NCBI GenBank assembly: GCA_963733195.1
Contig: CAVTCR010000056.1
Coordinates: forward strand, 153,430-217,429
Direction of reading: 5' to 3'
DNA: 64,000 nucleotides
Source: an uncultured delta proteobacterium
Lineage (GTDB): Bacteria; Desulfobacterota; Binatia; Bin18
Below the pieces are notes generated by a model. The model worked only from the letters and a program-made list of their open reading frames with translations. It searched no databases and was not told where the DNA came from. The stretch's first letter is position 1; each line of letters begins with the position of its first letter. The position numbers were made by a program, and so were the translations under genes. Below are positions 32,577 through 41,514 of this stretch, in pieces.

Positions 32577-33359
32577 ATGGCCTATGAGAACATTCTGTTT
32601 GAGAAAGAGGGCGCGATTGCAATTCTGACGATCAACCGTCCGAAGAGCCTCAACGCGCTCAACCCGGCTACCGTGCGTGAGATTGGTGCATGTGTCGAAG
32701 CGATGCGACAAGATTCTGCTATTCGTTGTTTGATCATTACCGGCTCGGGAGACCGTGCATTTGTCGCTGGGGCGGATATTTCTGCCATGGTGTCGATGAG
32801 TGCGACTGAAGGAAAGACCTTCTCCGCGGTCGGGCTTGCTGTTATGCGGTCGTTGGAAACGCTGCCCATTCCGGTCATTGCTGCGGTCAACGGGTTTGCC
32901 CTCGGAGGAGGAACAGAACTCGCTTTGGCGTGTGACTTGATCATCGCGGCTGACAAGGCGAAGTTTGGGCAACCAGAAATCAATCTCGGGATTATTCCAG
33001 GATTTGGCGGGACGCAACGGCTTGCCCGTCGCATCGGTCTGCCTCGTGCACGTGAGTTGATTTACAGCGGAGATATGATCGATGCCGAGACCGCACTTCG
33101 CTATGGCCTGGCAAATAAAGTTGTGCCACTCGCCGAGCTGATGAATGAGGCCAAAACTTTAGCGCGCAAGCTTGCCACTAAACCGCCGATTGCGGTGCAA
33201 CAAGCCAAAGAAGCGATTAACGCTGGTATCGACATGGATCTCGATAATGGCAGTCGTTTCGAGAATGAAGCCTTTGCGCTCACGTTTTCGACATCCGATA
33301 AAGTAGAAGGCATGACCGCATTTCTCGAGAAGCGCGAGGCAAAGTTTACGGGGAAGTGA
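32577..33359 (+). CDS. Enoyl-CoA hydratase (crotonase)
   Basis: AFVAGADI, AVNGFALGGG, GQPEINLGIIPGFGGTQRL. Confidence 0.93.
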   Translation: MAYENILFEKEGAIAILTINRPKSLNALNPATVREIGACVEAMRQDSAIRCLIITGSGDRAFVAGADISAMVSMSATEGKTFSAVGLAVMRSLETLPIPVIAAVNGFALGGGTELALACDLIIAADKAKFGQPEINLGIIPGFGGTQRLARRIGLPRARELIYSGDMIDAETALRYGLANKVVPLAELMNEAKTLARKLATKPPIAVQQAKEAINAGIDMDLDNGSRFENEAFALTFSTSDKVEGMTAFLEKREAKFTGK

Positions 33360-33600
33360 GAGTAATGCGTAATCAAAAGGGGTAATGGTGACGTTTTACG
33401 CGGTATGCCTCAAGCCTACTGATTGTCCTTCCTTTGATCCAATGCAAAGTTTGTGATGTCCTGCCCTTCTCCTTGGGCTTTGGTGGCTGCGAGGCCTGCG
33501 GCTTGCAGCTTACCGCGACACGCGGCGACCATTGATTCAGAGAGGTCGAGCCCGTGAAAGTAGCCACATCCATTCATTTTTTCAGATCAGATGTAATTGT

Positions 33601-34296
33601 TCAGCGATGTGTATTCACACCTACTTGGCGGCACATATCGAGGACCGGACACGTCGAGCAACGAGGTAGACGCCCGGTACAGATATGCTTACCGAACGGG
33701 ACGAGTAGACGATTAATTTCTATCCAATAAGAGCGCGGCAGAATTTCTGCGAGCCTAGCCGCTGTCTTTTCCGGAGTCGGCGTATTTACATACCCCCAGC
33801 GATTCGTGACACGGTGTACGTGGATATCGACAGCGATGCTCGGTTGATCACAAGCGATGCCAAGGACGAGGTTGGCGCACTTCGGACCAACGCCGTGAAA
33901 GGAGAGAAGCACTGCCGACTCGCAAGGCAGAACGCCATCATGTTCCTTGACAATGCGGCGAGCGATCTCGTGGATCTGTCGCGCTTTCGCTTCATGAAAA
34001 GTGCAGGCGCGAATGTGTTCATCAATCTCCGCGACGGGCGAGCGACTCATTTCAAGCGGGGTACGGGCCAGGGCAAATAGACGACGCGCCGTCGGTAACG
34101 TCACTTCATCGAGAGTGCGGATAGAAATGATGCAGGCGATAAGCTGTTCAAAGAGCGAGCGAAAACCTGCTTCAGCTAGGTCAAAAAGCGCCGCTTTAGG
34201 GAATGGGCGGATCGCCTCGCGGATGTGAAGGATCGCTTGGTCGATATCGAACGGGCGCTTATCGGGAGCAATCGAATCTTTGCCCAGTTTTCCCAT
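33601..34296 (-). CDS. nth: Endonuclease III
   Basis: HhH GVGPKCAN, VDIHVHRVTNR, 4Fe-4S motif CTGRLPRCSTCPVLDMC. Confidence 0.92.
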   Translation of the reverse strand: MGKLGKDSIAPDKRPFDIDQAILHIREAIRPFPKAALFDLAEAGFRSLFEQLIACIISIRTLDEVTLPTARRLFALARTPLEMSRSPVAEIDEHIRACTFHEAKARQIHEIARRIVKEHDGVLPCESAVLLSFHGVGPKCANLVLGIACDQPSIAVDIHVHRVTNRWGYVNTPTPEKTAARLAEILPRSYWIEINRLLVPFGKHICTGRLPRCSTCPVLDMCRQVGVNTHR

Positions 34297-34470
34297 ATCA
34301 ACAATCCAGCACAGGTCTGAATGAACGGCAAGGGAGAAGACGTTCAGAAGAGCACAGCTGTTTGCTGACTCCTCTTCCTTTTCGTTCAATGAATTCAACA
34401 ACATCCCTTATTCCCCAACCCAACAGCAGGACGAACTACTCGACGCGACCCACGCGTGAAGTGGCTGGCC

Positions 34471-34524
34471 TTGAGCGGTAACCTTCGCTGGGACACGGCA
34501 CCGGGGAACGTACTGCTATTGGTT
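34471..34524 (+). pseudogene. Isolated 54-bp fragment of a diverged mazF paralogue
   Basis: Translates LSGNLRWDTAPGNVLLLV versus LTSNLRWATAPGNVLLLA in the MazF 550 bp downstream. Confidence 0.75.
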
Positions 34525-34643
34525 CAGTGTCTTCTTCCACCCCTACCGTGCTTAAGATGATATCGTCCATGGCGTCCGCCGCTAGAAAGACCCGGAAATC
34601 TCGCATAGACTAACAAGCAGAAGAGTAAAGAAAGGCATCAAAC

Positions 34644-34877
34644 ATGCGAGCCGTAGAAGTGATCGGTACCGTGGATGCACAGCATCAGATCCAAGCCTCA
34701 GTTCCCGCCGAAGTCCCGCAAGGACCGGTGCGGCTGATTGTGTTGATTCCAGAAGAAGCAGTGACAACGGATGCGCTTACGGCAGCGATGAATGTAGTGT
34801 GTGCTGAAGTGGACACAAGACTGGAGCCCGCGTTCCAGGAAGCGACCCGCCGGGTATTGGAACGGAGTGAATGGTAA
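34644..34877 (+). CDS. Putative antitoxin of the adjacent MazF
   Basis: 77 aa, overlaps the toxin start, C-terminus RRVLERSEW typical of MazF partners. Confidence 0.75.
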   Translation: MRAVEVIGTVDAQHQIQASVPAEVPQGPVRLIVLIPEEAVTTDALTAAMNVVCAEVDTRLEPAFQEATRRVLERSEW

Positions 34878-35214
34878 ACCACCAAGGAGACGTGTGGTGG
34901 GCGGAATTGCCGGAGCAAACTGGTTCGGGGCCGGGATTTCGGCGACCCGTCTTGATCGTCCAAGGAGAAGCACTCAACCGTAGCCGTCTTGCTACTGTGG
35001 TATGCGTACCCTTGACCAGTAATTTACGTTGGGCCACAGCACCGGGAAATGTACTCCTGTTGGCGCAGCATACAGGTCTTGCCAAAGACTCTGTAGCCAA
35101 CGTCTCGCAAATCCTCGCACTGGACCGTAGCGTATTGACCGAGCTGGTCGGTCAAATCCCCTCTCCTCAGCTAGAGGTGTGTTGAAAGGCATCGAGACCA
35201 TCCTACGGCGATAA
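34871..35214 (+). CDS. mazF: PemK/MazF family toxin; frameshift near 35180
   Basis: GDVWWAEL, GSGPGFRRPVLIVQ, VPLTSN, DSVANVSQI; the C-terminus LKGIETILRR* is in another frame. Confidence 0.88.
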
Positions 35215-35593
35215 AGCAAACATCACCAAAGATGAGTGATCACGTAGCGAAGCAATCTCACTGGTTGTAAAAATCGAGGTGCTGTTCTTCGCCGTTTGCT
35301 GATTTTGAGCACTGGCGAACAAGTCGCCAGTGGCACCTGGCGCTTGTTCCGCTGAATATCTCGGAATGACGCTATTCTCCATTTTGTCCTTCTTTTCTTG
35401 TTGTTCTCCATTCATCTTCTGCGTTCATCATTTCTTGATGAGCCAGCCGTCTGTGGCACCTGGCGTTCTATCGTAGGGTCGAATGAGAAAGCATGCTGTT
35501 ACGGACTTAAATCCGTGTAGTCGTCTTGACCTTGTCTGCGCCGACTGGTCCAGTACATAATAGTCTGAGACTAGCCTCAAGGAGCATAGGGTG

Positions 35594-35878
35594 ATGGCTG
35601 AACTTGTCAAAGAAACTGTCGGCGGAGAGCCCTACCAATATTATCCACTGGGCGAGTACGTTGTGCGGGCGGTAGGCGTGTGTGGGGGCCGTCCAACGTT
35701 CAAATACACTCGGATTGAAATTACCGGAACGCTTGAGCGGTTGGCGGCGGGCGAACCAATTGACGACATTGTCACAGGCTATCGAGGTCGAGTCTGTCAT
35801 GCCGCCATTCGAGAAGCGGTTCGGTTAATGACGGCTCAATTTCTTAGCACTTTGCCTGAATTAGAACCGGCGCAATGA
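35594..35878 (+). CDS. DUF433 antitoxin
   Basis: VCGGRPTFKYTRI...AIREA. Confidence 0.85.
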   Translation: MAELVKETVGGEPYQYYPLGEYVVRAVGVCGGRPTFKYTRIEITGTLERLAAGEPIDDIVTGYRGRVCHAAIREAVRLMTAQFLSTLPELEPAQ

Positions 35879-36288
35879 TTGTTCTGGATGAACAATTACT
35901 CGGCCGAGCCATTGATCAGAACATTGCACGCTGGTACCGAGGCCCAGTTCATTTTATTCTTGACCTCCGTCCGCGCACGGTGATCAAAGATGACGGCATC
36001 CCTGAACTACTGCGGCAACAATCCCAACCGACCTTCGTAACTATTAACGAGCGGGATTTTTGGCAAAAGGTCGAAGCCGATTCTCGCTATTGTATCGTGT
36101 GTTTTCCTCTCCCTGATCCTCGGGTTCGCGAAATTCCTGACGCGTTGCGCTCGCTGTTTCGCCGACCAGAGTTCCGGACAAAGGCGCAACGGATGGGCAA
36201 GGTCATTCGGGTCACAAACGAGGATGTTCACTTCTATACTGTCAGCGACAAACGAGTCAGAGCAATTCCTTTTCCTCCTGAAGATTGA
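35875..36288 (+). CDS. PIN-like (DUF5615/VapC45-type) toxin
   Basis: MIVLDEQL, IKDD, FVTINERDF; ATGA coupling to DUF433. Confidence 0.75.
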   Translation: MIVLDEQLLGRAIDQNIARWYRGPVHFILDLRPRTVIKDDGIPELLRQQSQPTFVTINERDFWQKVEADSRYCIVCFPLPDPRVREIPDALRSLFRRPEFRTKAQRMGKVIRVTNEDVHFYTVSDKRVRAIPFPPED

Positions 36289-36699
36289 TCACGAACATTA
36301 ATCACAAATTGTGGAATGTTGTTCTTCGTTCATCCTTCCTCGTTCATCGTTCTTTGCTGGAGTTACTGCCAAAGTAAAGACTTGACCCTTATCCGAAAAT
36401 TCCTCACACTAGAGCTTGCTGGCAAAGTAAAGATCTGACCTAATTCTCTCCGGGCTGTGACCAGCAACCGAAATCACGTCAGCCGCAAGTGCTTCGTGAT
36501 GACGACTCACTATTTATTTTGCAGACGGTTATCCCACCTCCACGCGATGCATCCGTCTACCCTCTTGACACCGGAGGCATGAGAGGTGTTAGACGGTGCC
36601 CACTCCATCGATACACGTCTCAAGGGTCACCTTGAACAACCTCGTTTCACTGTGCTACCTGTGCTCGACATTCACTCCATCACTTGCGTCGGAGGACCC

Positions 36700-36978
36700 A
36701 TGCCATCAGTGGCTTTCATCCAAGGACAGATTCGGAGACTCGAGGGGTTTGCCATAATCTTTCGCAACCGAGACGGCCGCAACACACGGGACGACTTGGA
36801 ATTGCCCAAGGGGTATCCATTCTCCAATGCGGCTGCTCACAACATGACGGTCTCTGACTGGAAACGGAACCGGTTTGACCCAAATTTTATGGGTTTTGAT
36901 TGCGATGTCCTCGACGAGCGTGGTAACGCGGTACCAGGCATGACGCTCCTCTCTAACGTACGCAAGAGCTACCAATAG
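36700..36978 (+). CDS. Small hypothetical protein (92 aa)
   Basis: GGAGG RBS at 36691, ATG 36700; protein-like composition. Confidence 0.75.
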   Translation: MPSVAFIQGQIRRLEGFAIIFRNRDGRNTRDDLELPKGYPFSNAAAHNMTVSDWKRNRFDPNFMGFDCDVLDERGNAVPGMTLLSNVRKSYQ

Positions 36979-37016
36979 TAATGACAGGCACAGTCGATTT
37001 GGTTTACCACCACTTC

Positions 37017-37997
37017 CTACCGCGGAGTTATTTCCGCCATTCTACATCGTAACGCCTCAAGACGTTGAAGGGGGGCACTTCTCCTACCAACTTCGCTTTC
37101 TGCGGTGCTGATCTTCCGCTGTTGCGTTCTGCTCAAGTCAACAAGTTCGTCAACTTCAAAGAGAACGGGCTTTACCCAAGTTTCACGAACTCTTGTGCCC
37201 ACCTATGTAAGTGATCGAGAAGTGTTTTCGACATTTCATGCACATATCTCGTGATTTTCAAGCCTTCGCTTTCTCCAGATTAGGCGTACGCCTCTCGCGC
37301 GCTTCATACCTCCAGAACTGCCACCATGAACCAACGCGATAAAACTCGACACTCTGGTCAATGTATCTTTGGGGTGAGGGGAGTGCCTTGATACTGAACT
37401 GCGGCAGAGTCAAGCCGCTCTTTGTTGCATGGAAATTTGCTCCCTTAAGAATTTCTAACATCGTTTGTTTGTGCATCATCTCGGGAGTGTATGACAGAGC
37501 GCGGGATAAACTGCGACACTCTTCTCTACCTCTGCCCATCTCGCACAGAAGAGACTCTCTTCCCAGAAGAGGTGAGGGGGATCACTCGGAAGACGGATTG
37601 GAGAGAAACTAAGCATTGCCGCTCGAAGCTCCGTGTCGCCCAACGCGCCAGGCAAGGACCATCGAGCGATCACTGATTCGCTTACCTGTTGGAGTTCGGT
37701 AGCCGTAAGCTTGAGCTGGACGATCCGGTCTACTCTTTTCTCTTCAGCTTCCCGCATTGCTCTCAGCTCTTCAGTCGCTGCTTGTACTATTTGTTCAATC
37801 TCATGCACGCATGCTTCGAACAAGCTCGTCATCTCTAGCTTAAGGGAACTGTTATCCTCGGGCTGCTTTACCCTGTCGAGAACGGTCGCCAAACGGCGAC
37901 TGAGATGCTCTACCTCGGGGAACTCTAAAATAATCGCAAGGCCCTCCTTTAGAATTTCTTGGGTTTCGGTCACTTGAGGAGATATAACAATATTCAC
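37017..37997 (-). pseudogene. Helical hypothetical protein broken into ORFs 37476-37997, 37258-37539 and 37017-37202 (frameshifts)
   Basis: Overlapping same-strand ORFs with continuous amphipathic/coiled-coil character. Confidence 0.5.
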
Positions 37998-38068
37998 AAC
38001 TATTGTAATGCCTTCTAATCCTGGTGCCGGCTAACGCAAGATTGAATCAGTCCTGCGGGCCAAGCTGT

Positions 38069-38123
38069 GTAGCCCGGATGAAACCCTTCGGCTTTGCTCA
38101 GGACAGGCTCCGTGGAATCCGGG
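38069..38123. repeat. GTAG-type REP with nested CCCTTCGGCTTTGCTCAGGACAGGCT
   Basis: GTAGCCCGGATGAAA[insert 38084-38109]CCGTGGAATCCGGG. Confidence 0.8.
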
Positions 38124-38133
38124 AACAGTATAG

Positions 38134-38520
38134 TTACCACCTAAGACTTTGCTCTTTTCTTTGCTTGATTTGCCAGTAGCTTACTCCGCTACGGCGTACG
38201 CATGCGATTTTGCCCATGCGCTGTGCTTGCCTGCGAAAGGCTTGATAGCGGAGGAACCGGCGAATGTATTCCGCCGTTTCGTCAACCTCAACGTCGAGAT
38301 GCACCAGGCAATAGCCCGCATGGAGTAAGGTTGCGCGATAAAAGCCATGGTCACGAGTGAAGAAGGTTGGCCGTCTCAACCCATGTAGCAAGGGGATGAT
38401 ATCATTCTTATCCTTCATCCCAAGACGGCCTACTTCTTGGCCGATGCTGCGGAAATGAATCCGCCAGGCGCGTAGACGTGCGCGTTCAGGGGCAATAATA
38501 TTCTCGTCTAATACATTCAT
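38134..38520 (-). CDS. PIN-like toxin
   Basis: MNVLDENI, MKD, PTFFTRDHGFY; shares F.T/RQAQRMGK with 35875-36288. Confidence 0.75.
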   Translation of the reverse strand: MNVLDENIIAPERARLRAWRIHFRSIGQEVGRLGMKDKNDIIPLLHGLRRPTFFTRDHGFYRATLLHAGYCLVHLDVEVDETAEYIRRFLRYQAFRRQAQRMGKIACVRRSGVSYWQIKQRKEQSLRW

Positions 38521-38771
38521 GCGGCTCGCCGGCGCATGAATGTACGATCAATTAACGACTTACGTGCCAATTCAATTGCCTCAGCAATAGCTTCTCGGCT
38601 GAGGCGACCGTCATAGGCGGCTGAGACTCGATCCCAATCCCAATCTTTTCCGAGTAGATATAAGACGTCCGAAACCAAAATGCGCGTTCCCTTGAACGTC
38701 AATTGTCCGTGGCAAATCTCCGGATCGGCTACAATGTATTGCCCAAGTTCTTTGCGCTTACGTGTCTTCAT
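38517..38771 (-). CDS. DUF433 antitoxin
   Basis: IVADPEICHGQLTFKGTRI...AIAEAI. Confidence 0.88.
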   Translation of the reverse strand: MKTRKRKELGQYIVADPEICHGQLTFKGTRILVSDVLYLLGKDWDWDRVSAAYDGRLSREAIAEAIELARKSLIDRTFMRRRAA

Positions 38772-38943
38772 ATCGTGCTCTTTCTCGCATCAGTGAGGTT
38801 CACTCTGGCATACCCTTTTTACTGGGACAATATCGCCTGTTTCCTCGCCTGCTCATTCCCATGTACACTAAAACCCAGAGGCAGTGGACAAGCAGCCTCC
38901 AACAAAGCAAAATCTAGGACGCATTCCCTTCGAGGAGGAGTAC

Positions 38944-40579
38944 ATGAACAAACAGGACTGGCTGGCGCAGAAGTATCCGAAGAACGAAGAGCGAGCGCAG
39001 CGCTACTCGACTATTTCCGATATGGAAATCGAGCCGCTGTATACACCGGACGATCAGAATGGCCGCGACGATAGCAAAGACATCGGTCTGCCGGGAGAGT
39101 ACCCGTACACTCGCGGTGTGTATCCCAGCATGTATCGCGGCAAGTTCTGGACCATGCGCCAGTTTGCTGGTTTCGGTTCTCCTGAAGATACTAACCAGCG
39201 CTTTAAGTTCCTCCTCGCTGAAGGGCAGACTGGCTTATCCACCGCATTCGATATGCCGGTGTTGATGGGCTATGACGCCGATCATGCGCGCTCGCTGGGT
39301 GAAGTCGGACGCGAAGGCGTTTCGGTTTCGACGCTCGAAGATATGGAGCGGTTGTTTGCTGACATTCCGCTCGATAAAGTCACGACGTCGATGACAGTCA
39401 ACTGCACGGCAAGCATTATCTTAGCCATGTACTTTGCGATGGCGCAAAAGCGGGGAATTCCTCTGGAAAAAGTCGGTGGCACGATTCAGAACGACATGCT
39501 TAAGGAGTTCATCGCACAGAAAGAGTGGATTTGTCCGCCGGAGCCTGCGGTGCGCATCGTCACCGATATGATCGAGTTCTGTGCCAAAGATGCACCGCGT
39601 TGGCATGCGGTGTCGATTTCCGGCTACCACATTCGTGAAGCCGGTTCGACTGCAGTGCAAGAACTTGCATTTACGCTCGCCGATGGGATTGGGTACGTCC
39701 AAGCCGCGGTTGATCGTGGACTGAATGTTGACGACTTCGCGCCGCGCTTATCGTTTTTCTTCAATCTGCATAATGATTTCTTAGAAGAAATTGCCAAGCT
39801 ACGTGCCGCGCGGCGGATTTGGGCCAAGGTGATGAAAGAACGCTTTGGTGCGAAGAACCCCAAGTCCCTCCTGCTCCGCACGCATGCACAAACTTCAGGT
39901 GCCAGCCTTACAGCCCAACAGCCGTTCAATAATGTAGTCCGGGTTGCAGTCCAGGCATTGGCTGGCGTGCTCGGTGGTGTGCAGTCGTCTGCATACCAAT
40001 TCGATGGACGAAACCTTAGCGTTGCCAACCGAACAGGCAGTGATGGTTGCGTTGCGAACGCAACAGGTCATCGCTGAAGAGAGCGGCGTGACGAATACGA
40101 TTGATCCTTTCGGTGGCAGTTGGGCGATGGAAGCGTTGACCGACAGGATGGAAAAGGACGCTTTTGCCTATATCAATCGGATCGACGAACTCGGTGGCAT
40201 CATCCGCGCCATCGACATTGGCTATCCGCAGAAAGAGATTGCCGATGCCGCCTACCGTTACCAGCAACAGCTTGATGCCGGGGAGAAGGTCATTGTCGGT
40301 GTAAACAAATACGCTGTTCCTGAAGAACGGCCGATCGATATCTTGAAGATTGACCATGCGGTTGAAAGTAACCAGGTCGAACGGGTGCGCAAAATCAAGC
40401 GCACTCGTGACGCCGGTGCCGTGCGCGAACATCTTGGGCGTGTCCACGCGGCCTGCCGCAATGGGGCGAATCTGATGCCAGTGCTGATCGACGCGGTGAA
40501 AGTACACTGCACCCTTGGTGAGATTTCTGATATCTATCGCGAGGTGTTTGGGGTGTATCGTGATCCGGCGTGGCTGTGA
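38944..40579 (+). CDS. icmA: B12-dependent acyl-CoA mutase large subunit, isobutyryl-CoA mutase-like; frameshift near 39988
   Basis: [44 protein letters not shown]; [11 protein letters not shown] split by one extra base. Confidence 0.75.
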
Positions 40580-40584
40580 TAACG

Positions 40585-40755
40585 AGCAATCAGCTATCAG
40601 CGGTCAGCATAAGACAAATTAAGAATGAAGAGTTAAGAATGAAGAATGGAAAAACAGAGAAAGGGTCGTTCGTCCCACTTTCCCTTTTTAACTCTTAATG
40701 TTTCATTTTTTATTCTTCATTGATTCTCCCTACTGACTACTGATTGCTGACTACT
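40585..40755. repeat. Nested heptamer-repeat hairpins
   Basis: Outer arms AGCAATC-AGCTATC-AGCGGTC-AGC and CTGACTA-CTGATTG-CTGACTA; inner arms (GAATGAA/GAGTTAA)n and (TTCATT/TTAACTC)n. Confidence 0.85.
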
Positions 40756-40779
40756 GGATGCTTTTTTCGGAGGTTTTCT

Positions 40780-41196
40780 GTGTCAGACGAAAAGGTTTTA
40801 CGTATTTTGGTAGCAAAAGCTGGCCTCGACGGCCATGACCGTGGCGCAAAGATCATTGCACGGGCACTGCGCGACGCTGGCTTTGAAGTGATCTATACTG
40901 GGTTGCATCAGACCCCGGACATGATTGCTGAAGCCGCGGTGCAAGAGGACGTTGATGCGATCGGGCTGAGTATCCTTTCCGGCGCGCACATGACGCTCTT
41001 TCCTGCAGTGATCAACGCGCTTAAAGCTCGTGGGGCTGAAGATGTCGCAATATTTGGCGGTGGTATTGTTCCGCAGGACGACATTCAACCGCTCAAGCAG
41101 GCGGGTGTAATGGAGATTTTCACTCCTGGTGTGAGTACCCAGGCGATCGTTGACTGGATTCGCACCAACGTGAACCCACGCGCTGGAGTAGCTTGA
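40780..41196 (+). CDS. icmB: Cobalamin-binding small subunit of the mutase
   Basis: [10 protein letters not shown] (DxHxxG), [15 protein letters not shown]. Confidence 0.8.
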   Translation: MSDEKVLRILVAKAGLDGHDRGAKIIARALRDAGFEVIYTGLHQTPDMIAEAAVQEDVDAIGLSILSGAHMTLFPAVINALKARGAEDVAIFGGGIVPQDDIQPLKQAGVMEIFTPGVSTQAIVDWIRTNVNPRAGVA

Positions 41197-41514
41197 GTAA
41201 TGAGTACTGAGGACTAAGTAACGAGTAGTGAAAAGCACCTCTCGGTGTTGGTGAATATTTTCCACTCAGCCTCATTGCTTAGTCCTTTTTTTGAGCCTTC
41301 CTCGCCGACTGTGACGATCTCGCCAAAATCCGACCGCACGATCTCTAATTTCCTGATCCAAATCTGAGCTGGTTTGTTTCTCATCTCACAAATCTCGCTC
41401 AGTCTTTTTCCTCATACTAAGGTGGAATACCGCGCGCAAATCTGCAACGATATAGAGGAAAAGATATGATAAGGCAGTTGATCATCCACGAGGAAAGGAT
41501 TAGGCAAAGAACCT

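Noticed and set aside
33373-33573. 66-aa minus-strand ORF downstream of nth
   Set aside because: No recognisable motif or clear RBS; cannot be supported, though a small protein is not excluded
35203-35590. Short ORFs sharing a PGAT peptide (GTGGCACCTGGCG twice)
   Set aside because: Better explained as decayed REP-like repeats than as genes
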